A stretch of 38,077 nt of DNA from Catajapyx aquilonaris (lineage: Eukaryota), in assembly GCA_000934665.2 (NCBI GenBank), contig JYFJ02003747.1:1-38077 (forward strand), read 5' to 3'. This document shows positions 23,845 through 34,946 of this stretch, in pieces. Numbering within the stretch: position 1 is the first letter of the stretch; each line of letters begins with the position of its first letter. Below the pieces are notes generated by a model that saw only the letters and a program-made list of their open reading frames with translations, had not been told where the DNA came from and did not search any database. A program made the translations under genes and the position numbers.

Positions 23845-24830
23845 ATATTTCTTTTTCTCCTTTAGAGAGGTTAAAGATCAGTCAGCACAAGGTCTTGGTG
23901 AAGAAATCATTCATTCGCTGGAAGAAAAGGGTTTAGATCTGAGGAACAGAGGTGGCGTAAGACAGTACCGTCCATACATTCCTCCGCCTCGGCTGAGTCC
24001 TTTGACAAGTCCTCAACACGTTCCACAACCAGTAGAAGAAGAGGGTCAAGCATCGTCCACATCGTCTGGCTGTGAGGTCACTACTATAAAGCTACTCACA
24101 ACTCACGCCAGCAACATTGAAGTAGGTTCGGACCCCAACACCGGAGAGGGATCCCAGCAGTCACCCTACTATTTACCCTTATCACCACAAGCGGTACAGA
24201 AGTCCAATTGGAGAGAGCTACATGGTGAGCTAATCCAAGCCTTCCCAGGATTACTTTCACCTCTTCCATTGGAAGAACCAAAAACCCGGCTATACCATCC
24301 TTTGATACCGGTAATTCCATACAGTCAACCTGTAATCATAGATGTTGACCCCTCAAGGTCGGTCCTAAGCAGCGCCACCGTGGACCTATTAAGAAAGCAC
24401 AAAACCAACTCCTGGTTTTACGACCACACAGGGGGTGCATGCGGACAAGTGTCAAGTCTAAACGACACAGCAATCTTCAATCATATCCAAGGTCATTGGC
24501 CATCGTGGTCAAGTATATGATGGAGCAGCTGTAATGAGTGGAGTATACCACGGTGTGCAACAATGTGTAAAAGAAAGAGCCCCACGTGCGTACTTTGTAC
24601 ATTGTGCGGTGCATAACCTTAACCTTGTGCTGAAAGATGTTGAAGGAAACAAGATTTGCCAGTTCTTTGAAACTGTCCAAAGTGTATATTGCTTTTTTGG
24701 CCACAGCATAGTTCGCCGGGAGGAGTTAAAAACTATGTACCAGAGTGGGTCTTCAAAAGTGACATTAAAAGCCCTAAATCAAACTCCCTGGGCTGGCAGA
24801 TATGACACAGTAAGCGCCCTTAAACATAGG
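23845..24830 (+). mobile_element. hAT (ZMYM1/DUF4371-type) transposase core split by a ~550-bp insert
   Basis: FREVKDQSAQGL.EEI..SLEEKGLDLRN (to ~23950) resumes as RGQVYDGAAVMSGVYHGVQ...AYFVHCAVHNLNLVL (from 24504). Confidence 0.85.
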
Positions 24831-25589
24831 GGTTCTGTCCATAGATGAGAGGAATGATTATATTGCATTATTTCAAAAAATTCATATTATTGAAGTAGGT
24901 GTGTCATCTGATTGGAAATATCTTCATGAATATAATACCAGTACTGTATTGGCTTTTGATAGGTTCGGCACGAAAATAGTCACATCTGTACGCAACCAAA
25001 AGGACAGCAGTCATGAACTTCCATCATAAAAATATTACTGAAATACTAAACAAGTATACAGATGTAATTACGCTCCGTTAACACCCACACTCTTATTGGG
25101 CAAAGGGAACAACATAGGGTCAAAACATATACGAGCATATCACCCTTACAGACCACCTGAAAAACTCCCTATTTTACTGAAACCCAAACTTAATCAACTC
25201 GAATTATAATATTATAAATAATTACCTTTGTTTACAAACTAACCAAGCTCCCCACAGTTCTACTTTACCGTGGAACCTTGTATGTATGGGACTTTGAATT
25301 TTTGTAATTTACTTGTGTATGTAAAATCTTTTCCTTTATGTTTATAAAATATTCTGAAGATTCTGATAATTTTTTGTCTAATTTTAACTTATACATTAAT
25401 ACGTGGACTTATAACTTTCCTCCTTATTTCCAGCTATGTTACTTTCGATTCCCCCTTGGACACTGGCCGCAAGGTTTTTTATTATAGCATTTAATCACAT
25501 GCTCACTTTCTAAATGCAATGAAGGTCCGTGAAGTTCATTATTGTCGGGCAGGAAGCCAGCGCCAATACCTACAACATTGAACACGATG

Positions 25590-26160
25590 AAATGTTACCA
25601 GGAACAGTGTTCAGAAGAAAATAAATTGAAGGAGGATTACTTCCGTTCCGTCTTCAACACGTGTTTCAACCTTGGTTTTGGGACACCTGCAACAGATCAG
25701 GGTTCCACATGCATCATCAAGCCAGACACATACGATAAGATAGTGGGTCACTTTGCAACAGTGAAGAGGTTGGGAAAGGATTGGTCCGGCTCGGATTGGA
25801 AGTCAGCAATTATAGAAGCGGTCAAGTTCCTAGTTGACTGCACATCCAGACATCACAAAGTCAGCGCATCTGTCTGAAGAGAAATATTTCAATTCAATTT
25901 CAATTTATTTAACCTCCCTGCCTCATTCACGCAGGGAGGGTCTGAAGAGAAATATGAAGCACGGTGTGGTGGTCCGGGGAGAGCCATCATATGAAAATGA
26001 TGCAGCTGATACAAGCCGATCCTCAAGCGGGGAAAAAAGTGGGGAATTGTGAAGCCCACTAATATGCTACTCGGAGTACACGTGAATGAAATGGAAAAAA
26101 AGCAGATGTGTGCAGTCTGCTAGCAAAACATTACGGAGAATCTTGAACGAAACTTGAAGA
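25590..26160 (+). mobile_element. Sola-type transposase relic, internally deleted
   Basis: YFRSVFNTCFNLGFGTPATDQ.STC joined to IIKPDTY...DWK and VVVRGE..Y. Confidence 0.55.
25888..25939 (-). mobile_element. 52-bp LINE/SINE 3' end (L2/CR1-type tail) with 16-bp TSD
   Basis: TSD GTCTGAAGAGAAATAT at 25872-25887 and 25940-25955. Minus strand: 9-bp stem-loop, then AATAAA, then TTGAA repeats. Confidence 0.8.
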
Positions 26161-26911
26161 TCTGGCGTACTTTGGGAGAGTTCTTGATCTCTCCGGTGGG
26201 ACAACAGAGGACCTGCATGAGCAGTATTGTGAAGGAAGAGTAGCCAACGAGGATCAGCTATCAGTTGTGTAACTGTCTTGGACAGACTAAAACACTGGGT
26301 GTGATATTTTCAAAATATCCGCTTTCCTACCGGATATGCATCCAAAGCAAGATGATAAATCCAATGTCTTGGAATGTTATGCCATACTCATTGTTATGGA
26401 ATATACAGAAATAAATAAAAAATCATATTCAGATACTATGACGAAAGAATACCTTATTTGGCGTCAGATCGTACCACGTGAAAAATTCAATCGGCTATAA
26501 CACTGATAATAGCGGCGTTGCATTTTCTTTCACATTGCTGTAGTTCAGCAACATATGTGGCTAATGAAGGAAAATGTTTGCCCGTTTATATATTATGACC
26601 ATAACACAGCGGCACGTTTTCCTCATTTTCCTCAAAATATATCAAGAGTCATGTTATCTTTCGCATCCGGCCCCACATTTTAGGTATAGGATTTGACTTG
26701 CTGCTTACCTTAGGTTAATACTAGTGCTAGTAATAGTCGGTATAACCAGTCTCTCCCTTTGCGAAACCCTATTTGTGTGTAAAAAATGTTCGACGCTAGT
26801 GGTTATGCGGAAGAGAAAAAACAAAGCTCTTTACACCGTTGTAGGGAGAGGCACTGCAAGACATGCAAGACTATGGTGATGGGAGGTCACCTTTGTTACA
26901 TCCAGAAGTAT

Positions 26912-28020
26912 ATGGTTTTCAGTAGGTCAAGCCGGTTTTACCAGGCAGGCTAAGGCCTGGTAGGTGTGACCAGCCTTGGCAGCGGTGCACGCCATCGCGG
27001 CCGGTTACTCAACCTGCCGCGCGGCTATGTGACATATGGGTTTCACCATTCCCATGCAGCCACGGAGGGTCGACCCAGCATATAACTGGGGTCCCAACTG
27101 TCGCCGCGGCTGCCCCCGCACCATAGCAGCGGGGGCAGAGGCAATTAGTTTCTGTGGTGACAACCAGCACAGCGAACATTTCGTGTTTTTCAGTGTATAC
27201 CCGTCTCTTTCCACGTGCGCAGTGCACGAGGAGGTAGGCTGCCCTTCAGGCTGGTGGAGCGGTTTTTGAGGCTTCGGCTGGGTAGCTCCACATGGCCATA
27301 GGTACTCCCATCCCCAGGTAAAAGCATCCTTTCCTACTCTGCATCCCTACCGTACACATGCATTTAGTGTATGCCCGTCTCTCTCCACGTGCGCAGTACA
27401 CTCCGGCGTTCGGAGTCATCCTGGCCCTAACTCTACACAGCACTCAGACACGCTACCCTTCAGGCTTGTGTGGGTAACCACTGGGGTCCGCTTCGGACAA
27501 CCGGCACATCCAATGACCTCAGGCCGGACCTGTAAATAGTCTTGTATATACACCATAGTCCCTTTTCTACCACACGCGCGACCCACTACCCCTGAAGAGT
27601 CCTGCACACAAGGACGAAACCGGTCGGAACCCGGTGTATGCCAGTGTGGTACTAGGTTAAGCATAGGGTACGGGGATTCACCCCCTAGAAAAAACAAAAA
27701 GCTACATAAAAATATAAAAGTGTAAGATAAGTGCTCTGCCTTCAGGCAAAAAGTACCGGCCCGGGAAGCCACCGAGGCCGGACCCTTCCACCCCGGTCTG
27801 TCTCGCTGGGAACGTATATCCTCCGGGGGTATCCTGCTCTCCGCAGAACCGCCACACCAACGATCCGCTTAGCCACTCACAGCCCAGCCCTCCGCCACCC
27901 CTGGTCACGTACAAGCGGGCCTAGAACTTCAGGGCACACGCTACTGTTCCACTAGGTGCCTCCCTTGGGACCCTGCCTGGCTGGCAAAACGGCTTGAACA
28001 TATAGTAAACCAACCAACCC
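26912..28020 (+). mobile_element. Non-coding structured element with imperfect inverted termini and a hammerhead ribozyme
   Basis: Interrupts the polB frame. 5' TCAAGCCGGTTTTACCAGGCAGGC pairs with 3' GCCTGGCTGGCAAAACGGCTTGA; ends TAAACCAACCAACC; several perfect hairpins. Confidence 0.65.
27568..27651 (+). ncRNA. Minimal type I hammerhead ribozyme (Penelope/retrozyme-like)
   Basis: CTGAAGA (27592-98), stem II GTCCT/AGGAC, GAAA, palindromic stem III ACCGGT, cleavage triplet GTC (cut after 27625). Stem I has only 2 proximal bp but a distal 8-bp helix TACCACAC/GTGTGGTA. Confidence 0.75.
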
Positions 28021-28954
28021 CACCGAGCATCTGGAGAAGTATGTGCCTGAGCATCTGCAGAAGCCGTGGTGTGAGCAGCCCAAGAGGAAGAGGAGGAAAA
28101 TTGACAACAATAACTGTAGTTTTCTCTACATCATCTTTGATGTGGTGACCACACAAGACCATCACCACCCTACAGCCAAGAGGTGGTTTGGAATCTCAAG
28201 AGTTGGCTTTTTACCCACAAAAGGTGTTGTTCCTCCAAGTAAGGGAAGTGTTGCATCGCCTGGGAGATTACGAGTGGAAGTTCCACAATGCAAATTGTGT
28301 CCCTGAGAGAAGCTATCCAACAAGTTCACCAGGTACGCCAGAATGGCAAATTCCATGCCATGGGCACAGGGACAAAAAGTCCCATCTGACCAACAAACAA
28401 ATGTGAAGTGATCCACATGATTGACAAGGACATTGATAATGTCGATAACGTCAAGAACGTAAGGGATTACTTGGGCCAATAGTTTGTATCAAACTTCCGT
28501 ACTTGTATAATGAGATGAGGATGCGACAAATGACATGCAAACAAGGTCATTCACAAGTGAAAGAAACCGCATATCTTCTGATTACAGGTTGAACACCAAT
28601 TTGCATACCAAACGGTCATTAACCAAAGCGTTTCTCCAATAAACCAGCTGCTTCTAGCCATTGTGTAATTTTGACCTATTTTTCCACTTTTTACCTTTGC
28701 AATTCTTACTGTGCACGGTTCCGAGCACTTAGACCTTTTCACAAAAAAGGAACTCAGCTGCGGATCCCAGGCAATGCGCGATTCAGCGCAATGATGACAT
28801 GCAATCTGCCAGTGTGATATTAGTCAAAAGTGACCCCACAAAATTATTGTGGTTGGAACATGTGCATACCTTTTGCCTGCAAAAAAGGCATAAGACGAGC
28901 TTTAACAAATAAGTAGGATTGAGGATTCACCACCATGTACCAATTACTTTTCAG

Positions 28955-29105
28955 GTAAGGAATGCCAGGCGAGATGAAAGGGTGTCCGCGACATGTACCA
29001 GCGGCTGCTTGGGGCAAAGGAGAGGAGGGCAAGTGACAGCAACAGCTGAAGCTGGAGCCTCTTCCCAGAGTTGGGCTTCCTTGATGCAGTCCTGAGCCGT
29101 AGGAG
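28955..29105 (+). pseudogene. MADF/Myb-SANT exon relic (Harbinger accessory-protein-like)
   Basis: AG/GT-bounded exon KECQAR*KGVRDMYQR...WSLFPELGFLD with two stops. Confidence 0.7.
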
Positions 29106-30879
29106 GTAGGTAGCCGTACTTGACAAATAATCCTGCTTGGTGACTGCATGGTACACTGAGGAGTAACTTCTCAATCAATTTAACTTCCACACAGGACAAA
29201 GGGAAGCCCATTAAGCTATTGGGACACCCAGCTGGAAGAAGACTGCCGTTGATTTCTCGAAAAAGAAGATGCAGCAAAATCCAGAGCATCATCTCATTAC
29301 AGTTGGCACACAAAGCTCCCAACTAAGGGGTGTGACGTCCCTCACACCCGGGGGTTGGGATGACCTAGTTCTTCCCCCCCTGGTGGGTGGGGCCCCATGA
29401 AGAAGGTGCCTTCCGCTCTTTCCCTCCTTCACCCATCAGTGGTAATCCAGTCCCTGCTTGGGCCAGTTCGTAATACCTGTTTGAACCTACGGTGTATTCT
29501 TTGTGTTAGCCGGCACATACGACGTCTATCGTCGCTACAATGGCGCTCAACATGGGGCGTTACAACAGGAACAACGCCCAGGCATCCGTACCCCAAGTCG
29601 GGAGAATGCAAGGACGAGTAAGCAGGGTAACGACCCCAAGAATTCCTTACCAGCAGTCGGACAGATGGCACCCTATAAAGTTGTTATATATCTATAATGT
29701 GCCGATTTGATTTACTCATTGTTAGACAACCCACCGGTAATGCAAATATACAACCTGTTTTCTTTTTAGACTCATGCAGTCAGAATTTTGAACAATGCAG
29801 ATATCGTGTTATGAGTAATAATTGAGGAAAGGGCCTAGCCCGCATCTCTGCAACACTATACTGTTCTCTGTCTTTTTTTCTTTACACTTTTCCTTTCTTT
29901 CTTTTTTCTTCATTGTTTGTGTGTGTCTGGACAAGGTCATTATAACACTATAAAACGAGTGTACATTCAACCCATTGGAGGTAGAAGCAGCCGCAGCTGC
30001 CGTAGCCACCGTTACCGGCGGAGCTTCAGCAGGAGCCTGGCAGCAACCAGGCCCGTGGGTCTTCTTCCCAACTGCTACCCTCACGTCGTCCCCGCCAGCA
30101 TCCCGCAAGGGATCTCTTGATGGTTGGGGGATTGAAGCCCTTCCCTTCCCTCCTTCCCACAGGCCCATGCCGTCCATCAGGTCCTTCCATACAAGTCAAG
30201 GGCAGGAACTTTGGCTTTGTCCATAGTCACATGTGATTCATTGGGCAAGGTCGGTTATGTTGCTTCAATAATATATTCCACAAACTCCTCCCCTCACCAT
30301 AAAAAAAAGTGATGAAACTGATGAAGTACTATTGTATCTCAACTGACAGGGATTTTGCTTGCACAATGCCACTTTTCTGAACAGAGTAACTTGTCATACA
30401 TAGTTTATGCTTGTCACATATTGATGTGATACTAAACTAAGCATTTCAAATTGTTTTCATTTCTTGAACTCTTAACGAGAATTTGAAAACAAATTGTCAC
30501 CTCTATAAAAACAGACATTTTCTTTGACACATGTAATGTTTATACTAAGAACCTTGGGCAAAAGAAGGCAAGCATGTGAACTAAGGCAAATATCTCAAAA
30601 ATATTTTTACACACATCAGCATACCCAATCATATGTGAATTGACATGCACCTCATTTGATGCATTCACTATGCCTACACCATACATACTGAATGGTGCCA
30701 CTGAATGGGCATACCAATTCTGTTTCCAATTATTACAACCTTTCATCATCACTCATCATCATCATCATCTGCCCATTGTGGATGGGCTTGGGTTGTTGGT
30801 GTCTGGTAGTCTGGGCCCGGAGCAGATCATACTGTTTTTGTTTTTGTTTTGTTTGTGAATCAAGTGAGCACTGTGAATG

Positions 30880-31086
30880 GGGTCTGCTCTTCCATGCCTG
30901 GTGGTTCGGACCCAGGGCAAACTAGCCGGAGAATCATCTAGGAAGCGAAGTCTGCTGACAAAGTCCACTGCCCTGAAATTGAATCCATCAATTAGTAATA
31001 TTCTCATACACGAATACCTTAGAAATATTAGAATTCAAAATTATGGAAACTGGCATCGAACGAAGCCCACATTGTTGGAAATGTAG
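30880..31086 (+). mobile_element. CR1/L2-type LINE ORF1 C-terminal relic
   Basis: P.LVVR.....LNPSISNILIHEYL / NSKLWKLA pattern; frameshifted. Confidence 0.45.
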
Positions 31087-31132
31087 GTAATTTTACATCA
31101 TTCATAAGTTGTTTTGGCATAAAATACATTTT

Positions 31133-31245
31133 GGCTGCAATTACAGGTGAGCGATGAAATAAACTGTGGGTGAAAATCGATAGTTACTTTCGGCTCAAAC
31201 CATTGGCTTCATTGCTCAGCTAATCGCTCACATGCAAACGCAGCC
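31133..31245. mobile_element. PIF/Harbinger-type MITE
   Basis: TIRs GGCTGCAATTACAGGTGAGCGAT / ATCGCTCACATGCAAACGCAGCC; TTA on the right. Confidence 0.65.
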
Positions 31246-31458
31246 TTATTCAGGGGAATATATTTTTAATGAACCTGTATTAAAGTGGGGCTAGCCGAAC
31301 AACAGTACAGTATCAAATATCGTAGCAGATTGCGCCTTTGACCTAAAGGCATTTGCTTCCGCGGAGTCAGATTCACAAACTGACCACATTTATGGAATCA
31401 GGGAGGGTTCCTTGATCTTTGAAGCCCAACATGCAAAATCACTGAACCCTTCCTTTAA

Positions 31459-33520
31459 CTCCTAGACGCCTACAGTATGTGCATCCCACCGTGCATTCAG
31501 ATTACTCTATTTAGCTCACGCCCTTGAAAGGTAAGGGTCGGCGCAAATGTGGAAATTTGGGGGCAACTTATTGCCTGCCCACGCGCCCAGGACAGCACAG
31601 TGCATGCGCTCTCCTGGGGCAATGTGGGCATGTAGATTTCTTGCGGCCCAGAAATTTGGAACTGATCTGGGAGTGCTGGGATAGGCTGGGTTGGGCCGCG
31701 ACACTTGTAGCCTCGAGCGGGCAACATGAATACTTGGATAAGTGCATGAAAGTTGCCTCCCTCCCCCATTTCCTCATTTGCGGTGCGCCTAAAGAACCTC
31801 CCACCCTCTTGACAGTTAATGTAAAAATGTGGCGTAATTACGGGGTCTCCCATAAGTCTGCACTCTTAGAAATTTCTCTTAGTACGGTGTTTTAGTATTA
31901 CTAAGTAACCATATATAGTAACAATTTTAGTGGCTTTAAAATTTTAAATAAAATTATATTGAAAGTTAATTGACCAGTTTCCAGATGTGCGACTCGCGCA
32001 ACCAATTTTGGCCTGCCATCAACATGGCGACATTATGAGTGCAGAGGCGGGACTTTCCTATCCCTGCAATGTAGAATGGCCTCTGCTTGCTCGCGTCTCT
32101 GGGTCTGGCCCCGGGGCAGATCTTGTTGACATTTTTTTGTAGAGTGAGGAGGTTCCTGGCCTACCCTCACCAGGTTCCAAAAGTTATTTGGCCCCGCACG
32201 GACTGCCCCTGGGGTGATTTTGTGAATGGTCATCACCCTTTCATTGCTCTTCGGGCTCCGATAGTCCGCGTCTGGGGGTCTGGTCCCGGGGCAGATCTTG
32301 GTGAGATTTTTTTTAATAGTGAGGAGGTTCCTGCCCTCAGGTTCCAAATTTAATTGGCCCCGTGGAGTACTGCCCCCGGAATGATTTCGTGAGTGCGAGT
32401 TTCTCATTACTATGTCCTGGCTTTGCTTGTCCGCGTCTGGTGGTTTGGCTCCGGGACCGATCATCATGTCAATATTTTTTTGGAGTGACCAGGGACGCAC
32501 GCATCAAAGCTGACCTACGCAACACAAAACACGCAAAAACCAAATGCCACCATTCCTGCGAAATCAAAGGCAATTTATAGACGACCACATGACAGGCGAG
32601 ATCTGTGGCAACATAGGACACAGAGATATGGGGACAACATATTTCAAATTCTCAAGCAACTATTTAATAGAGTATTCATGGCACATTCCACATGTAATGT
32701 ACCCTGACAGCAACAATGTTATTGTTAGTCGACATCATCTGGTCTTCTGTAAATTGCCTTTGATTTCGCAGGAATGGTGACATTTTGGATTTTGCATTTT
32801 ATGTTCCGTAGATCAGCTTCGATGCGTGAGTTCCTGGCCACTCCAAAAAAATCTTGACTGATGATTGGTCCCGGAGCCAAACCATCAGACACGGACCAGC
32901 AAATCCAGGATATAGTAATGAGAAACTTGCACTCATGAAATAACTCTGGGGGCAGTACGCCACAGGGCCAATTAAGTTTTGGAACCCAAGAGCGGGAACC
33001 TCCTCACTACAAAAAAAATCTCACTAAGGTCTGCCCCGAGGCCAGACCACCAGACGGGGACAATCGGAGCCCGGACAGCAATGAGAAAAGGGCGATCACC
33101 ATTCACAAAATCACTCCACTCCACGCGGGGGCCAATTACCTTTTGGAACCTGGTGTTGGCAGGCCAGGAACCTCCTCACTCCACAAAAAAATATCTCAAC
33201 AAGATCTGCCCCAGGGCCAGACCCCCAGATGCGAGCAAGCAGAGGCCATTTAACATGGGCAGGGATAGCAAAGCTCATAACGCCGCCATTTTGATGGCAG
33301 GCCAAAATTACCTGCGAGAGGCGCGCATCTGGAAATTGGTCTATTCCACTTTTATTTCTGGAACACCCTGCAGATAATTTTTTTTGGCATTTTGCATTAA
33401 AAAGGACCACCACGAGTTAAAATGATAAATATTGGAGCATTGCTTTTCATTAATATCACTCCTACTACAAAGTTGGGTCAAAGAGAAAAAACCGGCCCAA
33501 AAATCTCAGGCGTCAAAGGG
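31459..33520. mobile_element. piggyBac-type non-autonomous element with long internal inverted repeat
   Basis: TTAA at 31455-58 and 33521-24; TIRs CTCCTAGACGCCT / AGGCGTCAAAGGG (10/13); internal arms ~31972-32592 and ~32733-33341. Confidence 0.65.
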
Positions 33521-34232
33521 TTAACTTATCGAAATATTCATGCACCTATAAATGAATAATTTTAAGCCCAACGGAGTGAACACCATAGTTCACACTGTTG
33601 TACGGTTGGTATTATAAATGATGCAAGCTCTCAGTATAGTGGATGCACTGCTATAAATGCGCTGCACATATTTCCAACACTAGACTTGGGGAAAACAAAA
33701 TGGCTGGCATGTGAGACATCACTCTGGTATGAACCAACCTACGAGGCTATGGGTGTGATTTATTATTAGGCCCCTAGTCAGTACCTCTGCCCACTTTGAT
33801 GTTAGAACAATGGTGCTGTGCGTGGTGCACAGTTGGTTGCACTCGTAGTAGAATTCCTCAGTCCATTTCGGGATTTCATATTTTAATTGTCGCCTACCAC
33901 TCATGCCACACATACACAAGAGTTGGTATTTCAATATTGAGCCAATTTTGCCCAATATTTATCCCAGTATTAAGCTAATATTGGCCCAACATATAGGGTA
34001 GCTACATAAGCAACTGAAAAAATGTCCCAGAGGACACACAATGGCCTTGCAATGTCACAACTACAAAAATGGGAAATGGCCTTGCCTGGAGAGCACGCAT
34101 GATTTTTTTTTTTTCCCCCACTGACCAGTAAATATGAGGGTCAGTTGGAAAATAACTTTTGCGATGCTACAGTTTCGTCACCATGCGGCAGACAAGTTAA
34201 GAATAGCGCAAGCAGGTACTGCGATCCTTCTG

Positions 34233-34496
34233 GTACAGTACTGGAAATTATTTCCATCATACTGCTGGCGACATTTTCCCAGGCGGCAGAAGAGCACATC
34301 GAAGGGAGTGCGAACCTTGCGAGTAACAAGTGGGAAGCCTTGGGTGATGTCACTGACTGGGCACCCATCCAATGACGTCACCCAGGGCCCACCACTTCTT
34401 ACTTGCAAGCCTCGCACTCCATCACTTCGATGTGCTCTTCTGCTGCCTCGGAAATTGGCGCTAGCAGTACGATGGAACTAATGTTCAGCACTGCAC
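34233..34496. repeat. Imperfect ~260-bp palindrome (fold-back MITE)
   Basis: GCAGAAGAGCACATCGAAG / CTTCGATGTGCTCTTCTGC and flanking arms, centred near TGGGCACCCA (~34360). Confidence 0.85.
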
Positions 34497-34796
34497 TTTA
34501 TAGGACCGGAAGGGGCCATTTTTCAGCTTACGCGCAGGCGCGGCAGCGGTTGGATGAGACCACGTGCCTAGCAGAACGTGCCTGCTCACATTCTGCCATA
34601 ACAAATGGCAAACAGACGGCTGCACATAAACTACAAGATGGTAACTACCCACACTGTCAAGTACTGGAAGGTTCGATGTCTCGGCTGACGCATGTGTTTA
34701 CGCTGCCCATCGCAAAACGTATTACCTGACTGACCTTCGTATTATCTCACCAAAATTTACAATCACCATACCCTATTATCATGATTTTCACTATTA

Positions 34797-34946
34797 AGCC
34801 GCATTTACATGGGAACAATTAGATTCGCGATGTTGCAGCGATGTACATCACCGAATGGAACAATTGCGGTAACAACATTGGTCCATCGCTCAGCGGTGTA
34901 CAATGTTCCAAATCATTGATCCAATCGATCACATGCAAACGCAGCC
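34797..34946. mobile_element. Second copy of the PIF/Harbinger-type MITE family
   Basis: Right TIR TCACATGCAAACGCAGCC identical to that ending at 31245; degenerate left TIR; TTA on both sides. Confidence 0.6.

Larger units (their letters stand above)
26770..28400 (+). mobile_element. Polinton/Maverick protein-primed polB N-terminal relic, interrupted by a 1.1-kb insert
   Basis: CKKC...HRCRERHCKTCK......HLCYIQKY (to ~26911) resumes ...EHLQKP...FLYIIFDVVTTQD (exo-I-like) after ~28020. Confidence 0.6.

Noticed and set aside
27165..27255. Minus-strand hammerhead (CAGC CTGAAGG...GAAATGTTC GCTG)
   Set aside because: A9 is G, and stems II and III do not pair; insufficient to claim a ribozyme of opposite polarity.
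27192..27402. HDV-like ribozyme around TCCACG
   Set aside because: P3 cannot form (CTC/CTT vs CGC), and no P1.1, P4 or J4/2 arrangement was found.
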